23,990 nt of DNA, from IMG/VR virus record IMGVR_UViG_2681813314_000025, positions 1-23,990 of that record. One strand, given 5' to 3'. The first letter of the stretch is position 1, and every line of letters begins with the position of its first letter. The translations under genes were made by a program, and so were the position numbers. Positions 17,005 through 23,990 of the stretch are shown in pieces. The notes beneath the pieces were generated by a model. It had not been told where the DNA came from. It ran no database searches and saw only the letters and a program-made list of their open reading frames with translations. This DNA is from a virus. Its lineage: Duplodnaviria > Heunggongvirae > Uroviricota > Caudoviricetes.

Positions 17005-17469
17005 ATGAAGTTTGTTGCGCCAGAACAGGCACCGGAACAGGCGGAAATCATCAGGAATACGCCGTTCTGGCCTGATGTGGACCTGTCGGAGTTTCGCAGC
17101 GTGATGCGCACTGACGGCACGGTGACGCAGCCGCGTTTAAAGCAGGTTGCGCTGTCGGCAATTTCGGAGGTCAACGCAGAGCTGTATGAGTTTCGCAGAC
17201 GCCAGCAGATGCTGGGGTATGCCTCGCTGGCAGAAGTTCCGGCGGAACAGCTGGACGGCAAAAGTGAGCGCATTCAGCACTATTTCAACGCGGTTTACTG
17301 CTGGGCACGCGCCATGCTCAACGAACGATACCAGGACTATGACGCCACGGCGTCCGGTGTGAAGCGGGGCGAGGAACTGGCGGAAGCAAGCGGTGATTTG
17401 TGGCGTGACGCCCGCTGGGCCATCAGCCGGGTGCAGGATGCGCCGCACTGCACAGTGGAGCTTATCTGA
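17005..17469 (+). CDS. Head completion/stabilisation protein (P2 gpL family)
   Basis: ATG at 17005 with AGGAGAAAG upstream (the track start at 16942 lacks an RBS); 154 aa, in the position of gpL. Confidence 0.8.
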   Translation: MKFVAPEQAPEQAEIIRNTPFWPDVDLSEFRSVMRTDGTVTQPRLKQVALSAISEVNAELYEFRRRQQMLGYASLAEVPAEQLDGKSERIQHYFNAVYCWARAMLNERYQDYDATASGVKRGEELAEASGDLWRDARWAISRVQDAPHCTVELI

Positions 17470-17672
17470 TGAAAGTGCGTGCGCATCAGTATGACACGGT
17501 GGACGCGCTTTGCTGGCGTCATTACGGGCGCACGCAGGGGGTCACGGAGCAGGTACTGAAGGCAAATCCGGGGCTTGCCGAATACGGCCCCTTTTTACCT
17601 CACGGGCTGCAGGTGGAGCTGCCGGACATTCCGACCACCACCACCGTGCAGACCGTCCAGCTATGGGACTGA
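17469..17672 (+). CDS. Tail protein X (P2 gpX family)
   Basis: 67 aa, the same length as P2 gpX; its start overlaps the L stop. Confidence 0.8.
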   Translation: MKVRAHQYDTVDALCWRHYGRTQGVTEQVLKANPGLAEYGPFLPHGLQVELPDIPTTTTVQTVQLWD

Positions 17673-17675
17673 ATT

Positions 17676-17891
17676 ATGACGCTTGAGCGAATCAGCGCCT
17701 TTATCACGTATTGCATCGCCGTCGTGCTGGCCTGGCTGGGCGATTTGTCCATCAAGGATGCCTCAACGCTGGGCGGCCTGATGATTGGTGTACTGATGCT
17801 GGCTATCAACTGGTACTACAAACACAAATCCTACCAGCTTCTGCGCGACGGGCAGATCTCGCGGGAGGACTATGAATCCATCAATCGTTAA
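17676..17891 (+). CDS. Holin, probable pinholin (class II, two transmembrane segments)
   Basis: 71 aa with two hydrophobic segments and a charged C-terminus, immediately upstream of and overlapping a SAR-type endolysin. Confidence 0.7.
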   Translation: MTLERISAFITYCIAVVLAWLGDLSIKDASTLGGLMIGVLMLAINWYYKHKSYQLLRDGQISREDYESINR

Positions 17892-18384
17892 ACGCTGCCT
17901 TGTCGGGGCCGTGCTGGCTATTGCTGCCACGCTGCCGGGTTTTCAGCAGCTTCACACCTCCGTGGAGGGGCTGAAACTGATTGCTGATTACGAAGGCTGT
18001 CGTCTGCAGCCGTATCAGTGCAGCGCGGGTGTCTGGACCGACGGCATTGGTAATACATCGGGCGTCATTCCCGGCAAAACAATCACGGAACGACAGGCAG
18101 CAGAAGGGCTGATCTCCAACGTGCTGCGTGTGGAGCGGGTACTGGAAAGGTGTGTGAAGCAACTGCCACCACAGAAGGTGTATGACGCTACGGTGTCGTT
18201 TGCCTTCAACGTGGGGACGGGCAATGCCTGCAGCTCCACGCTGGTGAAATTGCTCAATCAGCGGCGCTGGGCGGATGCGTGCCGACAGTTGCCGCGCTGG
18301 GTTTATGTAAAAGGTGTGTTTAATCAGGGGCTGGATAACCGCCGTGCGCGGGAGATGGCCTGGTGTTTACAGGGAGCAAACTGA
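17872..18384 (+). CDS. SAR endolysin (GH24 lysozyme with an N-terminal signal-anchor-release segment)
   Basis: N-terminal hydrophobic SAR-like segment (CLVGAVLAIAATLPGF), then a lysozyme catalytic region (DYEGCRLQPYQCSAGVWTDGIGNT). Confidence 0.8.
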   Translation: MNPSIVKRCLVGAVLAIAATLPGFQQLHTSVEGLKLIADYEGCRLQPYQCSAGVWTDGIGNTSGVIPGKTITERQAAEGLISNVLRVERVLERCVKQLPPQKVYDATVSFAFNVGTGNACSSTLVKLLNQRRWADACRQLPRWVYVKGVFNQGLDNRRAREMAWCLQGAN

Positions 18385-18385
18385 A

Positions 18386-18763
18386 ATGAAAAAGAAATTA
18401 ATCAGCGGACTGTTTCTGATGTTATGGATGGCGCTGTTAATCGCAGCAATGGTGTATCCGCAGGGGATTTTTCCGGTACTGGCAGCGTCCGGCGTTTGGG
18501 TAGCCTGTTTGCTGACATGGGCGGTAATTCCGGTAGCACTGGCTGCGTTAATTAAGAATGGCCCGCTCTGGCAGGAGTTAAGGGCATCTTTACTGAAGAC
18601 AATTACCCGAAAAGAAAACGTATTTATCAGTTGGGTGATGCGATTGCTGATTGTTGTAAGTCTCGCCTGGACGGGGTGGGCTATTACCCTGGTCTTTTAT
18701 CTTCTGACCGTTATTGCCTTCTGGATCACCCGTAATCAGATGGCGAAACAGGTAGCAGCATGA
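18386..18763 (+). CDS. Lysis-accessory integral membrane protein (LysA-like)
   Basis: 125 aa, multi-pass hydrophobic; ATG at 18386 with AGGGAG upstream, between the endolysin and the spanins. Confidence 0.6.
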   Translation: MKKKLISGLFLMLWMALLIAAMVYPQGIFPVLAASGVWVACLLTWAVIPVALAALIKNGPLWQELRASLLKTITRKENVFISWVMRLLIVVSLAWTGWAITLVFYLLTVIAFWITRNQMAKQVAA

Positions 18764-19188
18764 ACCGGTTGCTGCTGGTTGTGCTGGCGTTATTACTGGC
18801 GGCGCTGGGCTGGCAGACGTGGCGGCTGGCTGATGCCAGCCAGACCATCAGCACGCAGGCAGACGAGCTGCAGAGCAAAAGCCAGGCACTGGCAAAGAGC
18901 AACAGCCAGCTTATCAGCCTGTCCATTCTGACTGAAACCAATAACCGGGAGCAGGAGCGGCTCTATGCCGAAGCAGAACAGACCAGCACGCTGCTGAGAC
19001 AACGACAACACCGGATCGAGGAACTGAAACGTGAGAACGAGGATTTACGCCGCTGGGCTGATACTCCTTTGCCTGCTGACATTATCCGGCTGCGGAAACG
19101 TCCGGCACTCACCGGAGGTATGGCTTACCGTCAGTGGTTGTCCGCGAGTGACGCCGTGTCGGCTGGATCAGGCAACGCCGCGCACTAA
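18760..19188 (+). CDS. i-spanin (Rz/LysB-like inner-membrane spanin)
   Basis: N-terminal transmembrane segment followed by a coiled-coil-rich periplasmic region; an o-spanin ORF overlaps its 3' end in another frame. Confidence 0.7.
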   Translation: MNRLLLVVLALLLAALGWQTWRLADASQTISTQADELQSKSQALAKSNSQLISLSILTETNNREQERLYAEAEQTSTLLRQRQHRIEELKRENEDLRRWADTPLPADIIRLRKRPALTGGMAYRQWLSASDAVSAGSGNAAH

Positions 19189-19321
19189 CGGTGATCTGAA
19201 CGCGTTGCTGGATGAAACGGAGGCCGCCTGGGCGGTCTGTGCAGACAAAGTGGACATGATTATTGCGTGTCAGGAGCGAAACAGTGAACAAACCACAATC
19301 CCTGCGCCACGCCCTCAATAA
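19031..19321 (+). CDS. o-spanin (Rz1/LysC-like outer-membrane lipoprotein)
   Basis: Signal peptide with lipobox LTLSGC; GTG start inside the i-spanin gene in a different frame; Pro/Cys-containing mature region. Confidence 0.6.
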   Translation: MRTRIYAAGLILLCLLTLSGCGNVRHSPEVWLTVSGCPRVTPCRLDQATPRTNGDLNALLDETEAAWAVCADKVDMIIACQERNSEQTTIPAPRPQ

Positions 19322-19715
19322 AGCGGTGCCTTATGTCCGCAATAACCCGGACAAACTGCATCTGTTTGTGGATAACGGTTCGCTGGTTGCCACGGGGGCC
19401 AGCTCCATGTCGTGGGAGTACCGTTACACACTGAACGCGGTGATTGAGGATTTCAGCGGCGACCAGAATCTGCTGATGGCCCCGGTTTTGCTGTGGCTGA
19501 GGGATAACCAGCCCGATGCCATCAATAACCCGGCGTTACGGGAAAAGCTATTCACCTTTGAGGTGGATATTCTGCGCAACGATGTCTGTGATATCAGCCT
19601 GAACCTGCAACTGACGGAACGTGTGCTGGTCAGCACTGACGGCAGTGTGTCGAGCGTTGAAGCTATAGCGGAACCTGATGCACCTGAAGAAATGTGGACG
19701 GTGAAACGTGGCTGA
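19263..19715 (+). CDS. Tail completion protein R (P2 gpR family)
   Basis: 150 aa, at the P2 R position between the lysis genes and S. The exact start is uncertain (ATG 19263 or GTG 19283). Confidence 0.75.
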   Translation: MRVRSETVNKPQSLRHALNKAVPYVRNNPDKLHLFVDNGSLVATGASSMSWEYRYTLNAVIEDFSGDQNLLMAPVLLWLRDNQPDAINNPALREKLFTFEVDILRNDVCDISLNLQLTERVLVSTDGSVSSVEAIAEPDAPEEMWTVKRG

Positions 19716-20154
19716 ACTGCAGAAGGTGGACGACTGGCTGAGTGCCTTGCTGGCGAATCTGGAACCAGCCTCGAGAAGCCGCATGATGCGCCAGCTGGCG
19801 CAGGAACTTCGCCGGACACAGCAGCAGAATATCAGGATGCAGCGCAACCCTGACGGCAGCAGCTATGAACCGCGACGGGTAACAGCACGCAGTAAAAAAG
19901 GCCGTATCAAACGTCAGATGTTTGCAAAGCTGCGCACCACAAAATACCTGAAAACTGCCGCCAGCACCGACTCTGCCAGCGTGCAGTTTGAAGGCAAGGT
20001 GCAGCGCATTGCCCGCGTTCACCATTACGGCCTGCGAGATCGCGTCAGTCGTAAGGGACCGGAGGTGCGTTACGCAGAGCGTCGCCTTCTGGGTGTAAAT
20101 GATGATGTTGAGGCAATGACCCGCGACATGATTCTGCAATGGCTGGCGGGGTGA
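19708..20154 (+). CDS. Tail completion / virion morphogenesis protein S (P2 gpS family)
   Basis: 148 aa; GTG start overlapping the R stop; at the P2 S position. Confidence 0.8.
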   Translation: MAELQKVDDWLSALLANLEPASRSRMMRQLAQELRRTQQQNIRMQRNPDGSSYEPRRVTARSKKGRIKRQMFAKLRTTKYLKTAASTDSASVQFEGKVQRIARVHHYGLRDRVSRKGPEVRYAERRLLGVNDDVEAMTRDMILQWLAG

Positions 20155-20157
20155 TCT

Positions 20158-20177
20158 TTGTATCAGCACTGATACAA
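20158..20177. promoter_or_regulatory. Candidate Ogr/B-type late-activator site (TGT-N12-ACA) upstream of the baseplate operon
   Basis: TTGTATCAG-CA-CTGATACAA is a 9-bp inverted repeat, centred about 55 nt upstream of the V start (20223), in the 68-bp S-V intergenic gap. Confidence 0.5.
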
Positions 20178-20222
20178 GTTGCAGCACTGCCGCCTTTCTT
20201 CCCCTGATGGCAACCTTTCCCT

Positions 20223-20801
20223 ATGAACGCACAATTAACCGAAATCATGCGCCTTATCACCAACCTGATCCGCACAGGGGTAGTCACCGAAGTGGACAGG
20301 GAAAACTGGCTTTGCCGGGTGAAAACGGGCGAGCTTGAAACCAACTGGATCAGCTGGCTGACGCTGCGTGCCGGGAATGCCCGTACATGGTGGCGACCAT
20401 CGGAAGGTGAGCAGGTGGTGCTGCTGAGTCTGGGCGGCAATCTGGAAACAGCCTTTGCGCTGCCCGCTGTCTATTCGAATCAGTTCGCACCACCGTCGAC
20501 GTCGGCGGACGCCTGCGTGACAGAACATCCTGACGGTGGCTGGTTTGAATACGAACCCGCCACCGGGCGCTGGTATGTCAGGGGCATCAAATCAATGGTC
20601 ATTGAGGCTGCTGACAACATCACCATGAAAACCAGTGAGTTTGTACTGGAGGCTGACCGCACGCGCATTAACAGCGAAGTGGTGATCAATGGTGGCGTTA
20701 CCCAGGGCGGCGGAGCGATGAGTTCTAACGGGATCGTGGTTGATGCGCATCAGCATACTGGCGTCCTGAAAGGCGGCGATACAACCGGAGGCCCGGTATG
20801 A
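20223..20801 (+). CDS. Baseplate spike/assembly protein V (P2 gpV family)
   Basis: 192 aa, first gene after the late promoter site, followed by W-J-I in the conserved order. Confidence 0.85.
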   Translation: MNAQLTEIMRLITNLIRTGVVTEVDRENWLCRVKTGELETNWISWLTLRAGNARTWWRPSEGEQVVLLSLGGNLETAFALPAVYSNQFAPPSTSADACVTEHPDGGWFEYEPATGRWYVRGIKSMVIEAADNITMKTSEFVLEADRTRINSEVVINGGVTQGGGAMSSNGIVVDAHQHTGVLKGGDTTGGPV

Positions 20802-21157
20802 CGCTTTATAGCGGGATGAACAATACCAGCGGCAAAGTCATTACTGATATTGATCATCTGCGCCAGTCGGTGCGGGACATTCTGCTGACACCGCAGGGTA
20901 GCCGTATTGCCCGCCGGGAATATGGTTCCCTGCTGTCGGCACTGATAGATCAGCCACAAAATCCGGCATTACGCCTGCAGGTCATGTCGGCAGTGTATGT
21001 GGCGCTGAGTCGCTGGGAGCCACGGTTGACGCTGGATTCCATCACCATCAACAGCAATTTTGACGGTTCAATGGTGGTGGAGCTGACCGGGCGGCGGAAT
21101 AACGGTGTGCCTGTGTCCCTTTCCGTATCAACAGGAGCAGAGAATGGCAGTGATTGA
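20798..21157 (+). CDS. Baseplate assembly protein W (gpW/gp25 family)
   Basis: 119 aa; start overlaps the V stop; P2 W is ~115 aa. Confidence 0.85.
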   Translation: MTLYSGMNNTSGKVITDIDHLRQSVRDILLTPQGSRIARREYGSLLSALIDQPQNPALRLQVMSAVYVALSRWEPRLTLDSITINSNFDGSMVVELTGRRNNGVPVSLSVSTGAENGSD

Positions 21158-22052
21158 CCTTTCGCAGTTGCCTGCACCGCAGATTGTGGATGTGCCGGAC
21201 TTTGAGACGCTGCTTGCCGAACGCAAGGCAGAATTTGTGGCGCTTCATCCGAAAGATGAGCAGGAAGCAGTGATCCGCACGCTGGAACTGGAATCTGAAC
21301 CCGCCACTAAATTGTTGCAGGAGAATGCTTACCGTGAGTTGCTTCTGCGCCAGCGCATTAACGAAGCCGCGCAGGCGGTGATGGTGGCTTACGCGATGGG
21401 CGGCGATCTTGACCAGCTCGCTGCCAACTACAACGTGACACGCCTGACGGTGACGCCTGCTGATAATGATGCTGTGCCGCCCGTTGCAGCTGTGATGGAA
21501 AGCGATGAAGCGTTACGCCTGCGTGTGCCTGCAGCCTTTGAAGGGCTTTCTGTTGCGGGGCCAACTGCAGCTTATGAATTTCATGCCCGAAGCGCCGACG
21601 GTCGGGTGGCGGATGCCAGTGCAACCAGCCCGGCACCTGCAGAGGTGGTGCTGACTGTCCTTAGCCGCGAAGGCGATGGAACTGCAGAAAAAGACCTGCT
21701 GGACGTGGTGGAAAAAGCTCTGAACAGTGAGAACGTCCGCCCGGTGGCTGACCGTCTTACGGTTCGCAGCGCAGAAATCATCCCGTATCGCGTGGAAGCC
21801 ACCATTTTTCTCTATCCTGGACCGGAAGCAGAGCCGGTAATGGCAGCGGCAAAAGCCAGCCTGCAGAAGTACATCGCCAGTCAGACGCGTCTTGGTCGGG
21901 ATATTCGCCGTAGCGCCATCTTTGCCGCCCTGCATGTTGAGGGGGTGCAGCGTGTGGAGCTGGCTTCTCCTCTGGCGGATGTGGTCCTGAACAAAACACA
22001 GGCGGCATCATGTACGCAGTGGAGCGTAACCAACGGAGGAACGGATGAATAG
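21144..22052 (+). CDS. Baseplate assembly protein J (P2 gpJ family)
   Basis: ATG at 21144 with AGGAGCAG upstream gives 302 aa, the same length as P2 J. Confidence 0.85.
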   Translation: MAVIDLSQLPAPQIVDVPDFETLLAERKAEFVALHPKDEQEAVIRTLELESEPATKLLQENAYRELLLRQRINEAAQAVMVAYAMGGDLDQLAANYNVTRLTVTPADNDAVPPVAAVMESDEALRLRVPAAFEGLSVAGPTAAYEFHARSADGRVADASATSPAPAEVVLTVLSREGDGTAEKDLLDVVEKALNSENVRPVADRLTVRSAEIIPYRVEATIFLYPGPEAEPVMAAAKASLQKYIASQTRLGRDIRRSAIFAALHVEGVQRVELASPLADVVLNKTQAASCTQWSVTNGGTDE

Positions 22053-22650
22053 TCTGCTGCCACCGGGTTCAACACCACTGGAGCGCCGACTGGCGCAAAC
22101 CTGCAGCGGGATTTCTGATCTGCAGGTGCCGCTTCGTGACTTGTGGAATCCGGCAACCTGTCCGGTCAGTTTCCTGCCTTATCTCGCCTGGGCGTTCTCT
22201 GTGGATCGCTGGGACGAGGGCTGGACAGAAAGCGTCAAGCGCCAGGTGGTGAAGGATGCTTTTTATATTCATCAGCATAAAGGGACCACCAGTGCCGTGC
22301 GGCGGGTGGTGGAGCCGTTCGGATTCCTGATCCGCATTATTGAGTGGTGGCAGACCGGAGAAACACCGGGCACGTTTCGCCTGGATATCGGCGTGCAGGA
22401 CCAGGGCATCACTGAAGATACCTATCTGGAACTTGAGCGACTGATAAGCGATGCCAAACCATGTAGCCGCCACATGATCGGCATGTCCATCAATCTGCAG
22501 ACCAGCGGCCCGCATTGGGTGGGAGCCGCCAGCTATCTTGGCGAAGAAATCACGATCTATCCGTATATCAACGAAACGATTATTTCCGGTGGCACCGCGC
22601 ATGAAGGCGGGGCGGTCCATGTTATTGATACAATGAGAGTGAATCCATGA
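22045..22650 (+). CDS. Baseplate/tail protein I (P2 gpI family)
   Basis: 201 aa; overlaps the J stop and the H start. Confidence 0.8.
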   Translation: MNSLLPPGSTPLERRLAQTCSGISDLQVPLRDLWNPATCPVSFLPYLAWAFSVDRWDEGWTESVKRQVVKDAFYIHQHKGTTSAVRRVVEPFGFLIRIIEWWQTGETPGTFRLDIGVQDQGITEDTYLELERLISDAKPCSRHMIGMSINLQTSGPHWVGAASYLGEEITIYPYINETIISGGTAHEGGAVHVIDTMRVNP

Positions 22651-23990
22651 GCACAAAATTTTATACCCTGCTGACGGATATTGGCGCGGCGAAACTTGCC
22701 AGCGCCGCCGCGCTCGGTGTGCCGCTAAAAATTACCCATATGGCGGTGGGCGATGGCGGTGGAGTATTGCCAACGCCGGACGCAAAGCAGACGGCACTGG
22801 TAAATGAGAAACGCCGGGCTGCGCTGAATATGCTTTATATCGACCCGCAGAACAGCAGCCAGATTATTGCCGAACAGGTGATCCCTGAAAACGAGGGCGG
22901 TTGGTGGATACGTGAAGTGGGCTTGTTTGATGAGTCCGGGGCATTGATTGCCGTGGGCAACTGCCCGGAAAGCTATAAGCCGCAACTGGCTGAAGGTAGC
23001 GGGCGCACTCAGACCGTGCGCATGGTGCTGATTACCAGCAGCACGGACAATATCACCCTGAAAATCGACCCTGCTGTAGTGCTGGCAACCCGCAAGTATG
23101 TGGATGACAAGGCACTGGAGCTGAAGGTGTACGCGGATGATCAGATGGCAAAACATCTTGCCGCACCGGACCCGCATTCACAGTACGCGCCAAAAGCCAG
23201 CCCGACATTTACCGGAACCCCCAAAGCGCCAACGCCAGCGGCGGGGAATAATACCACGCAGGTTGCGACCACTGCGTTTGTACAGGCGGCACTGACGGCC
23301 CTTATTAATGGTGCGCCAGCCACGCTGGACACGCTGAAAGAAATAGCCGCAGCCATTAACAATGATCCGAATTTCAGTACCACCATTAACAATGCGCTGG
23401 CACTAAAAGCACCGTTGTCGAGTCCGGCACTCACCGGAACGCCAACAGCCCCCACGGCGGCGCAGTCGGTCAACAATACACAGATTGCCACTACGGCTTT
23501 TGTGAAATCGGCGATTGCAGGAATGGTGGGTTCTGCACCTGCTGCACTGGATACACTGAACGAACTGGCGGCGGCACTGGGGAATGATCCGAACTTTGCC
23601 ACGACAATGCTTAATGCGCTGGCAGGTAAACAACCGCTGGACAATACGCTTACCAATTTGAGTGGAAAGGATGTAGCTGGTCTTCTCACATACCTTGGTT
23701 TTGGAGAAGGTGCTAACTGGGTTATGTTACCTGGAGGAATGATAATTCAGCGTGTTTATCTTGGATTTCCTGTTGGCACCAATGCAAGACACATAACTTT
23801 CCCCCGGTCGTTTACAACAACGAACTATTCCATCTCAATTAACTGGAATGATATCGGTACTGTAACAACTGAAACACAATCACCAGCAAATGTGGCGGTT
23901 GTTCATCAAACAAAATCATTAACAGGGGCCAGCATCTGGCAGGCAGGTCCCGGGGGATTTAATGTGGACATTATAGCGGTGGGGTATTGA
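22647..23990 (+). CDS. Tail fibre protein H (P2 gpH-like) with a compositionally distinct C-terminal region
   Basis: 447 aa. It contains two ~65-aa internal repeat units (..TGTP.APT.A...NNTQ.ATTAFV..A......G.....LDTL.E.AAA..NDPNF.TT..NALA.K.PL..), followed by an AT-rich C-terminal ~110 codons. The stop codon is the last 3 nt of the window. Confidence 0.8.
   Translation: MSTKFYTLLTDIGAAKLASAAALGVPLKITHMAVGDGGGVLPTPDAKQTALVNEKRRAALNMLYIDPQNSSQIIAEQVIPENEGGWWIREVGLFDESGALIAVGNCPESYKPQLAEGSGRTQTVRMVLITSSTDNITLKIDPAVVLATRKYVDDKALELKVYADDQMAKHLAAPDPHSQYAPKASPTFTGTPKAPTPAAGNNTTQVATTAFVQAALTALINGAPATLDTLKEIAAAINNDPNFSTTINNALALKAPLSSPALTGTPTAPTAAQSVNNTQIATTAFVKSAIAGMVGSAPAALDTLNELAAALGNDPNFATTMLNALAGKQPLDNTLTNLSGKDVAGLLTYLGFGEGANWVMLPGGMIIQRVYLGFPVGTNARHITFPRSFTTTNYSISINWNDIGTVTTETQSPANVAVVHQTKSLTGASIWQAGPGGFNVDIIAVGY

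Larger units (their letters stand above)
1..23990. mobile_element. P2/186-family prophage (partial: int through tail fibre H); the integration junctions lie outside the window
   Basis: Gene order int-cI-apl-cII-early genes-A-[cargo]-cos-portal-terminase-scaffold-capsid-small terminase-L-X-lysis-R-S-V-W-J-I-H matches the P2/186 prophage map. Genes are tightly packed, with many ATGA start/stop overlaps. Confidence 0.9.

Noticed and set aside
1-23990. CRISPR arrays, tRNA/rRNA genes, IS elements or integrons
   Set aside because: No regularly spaced direct repeats, no cloverleaf-like tRNA sequence that I could recognise by eye, and no transposase-like ORF or terminal inverted repeats; the attachment-site tRNA, if any, would lie left of the window.

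Overview
The whole 23,990-bp window reads as one P2/186-family (peduovirus-like) enterobacterial prophage, running from the 3' end of the integrase gene to the end of a tail-fibre gene. Left to right: a lysogeny/immunity module of 186 type (int, a small secreted-peptide ORF, a 186-like CI repressor, apl/cox-like and cII), an early operon (small hypotheticals, a TraR/DksA-like zinc finger, a Dam-class adenine methyltransferase, the HUH rolling-circle initiator A), then a LexA-box-controlled pair of small genes ending in a DinI-like protein. Next comes an AT-rich cargo island carrying an ABC/OLD-type ATPase tightly coupled to an HNH nuclease, which I read as a Septu-like (PtuA/PtuB-type) anti-phage candidate, closed by a rho-independent terminator. 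A probable cos site follows (13-nt match to the 186 cohesive end as I recall it). Between cos and the portal gene sits a second cargo gene, a zinc-ribbon protein with a DUF4145-like C-terminal domain. The rest is the conserved late region: portal and terminase on the minus strand, then scaffold, major capsid, small terminase, head completion, tail protein X, a pinholin/SAR-endolysin/spanin lysis cassette, tail completion R and S, baseplate V, W, J, I, and tail fibre H with an AT-rich C-terminal region. Every assignment rests on reading the supplied translations for motifs and on remembered gene order and protein sequences of P2 and 186; no database search was run. No rRNA, tRNA, CRISPR array or IS element was recognised.
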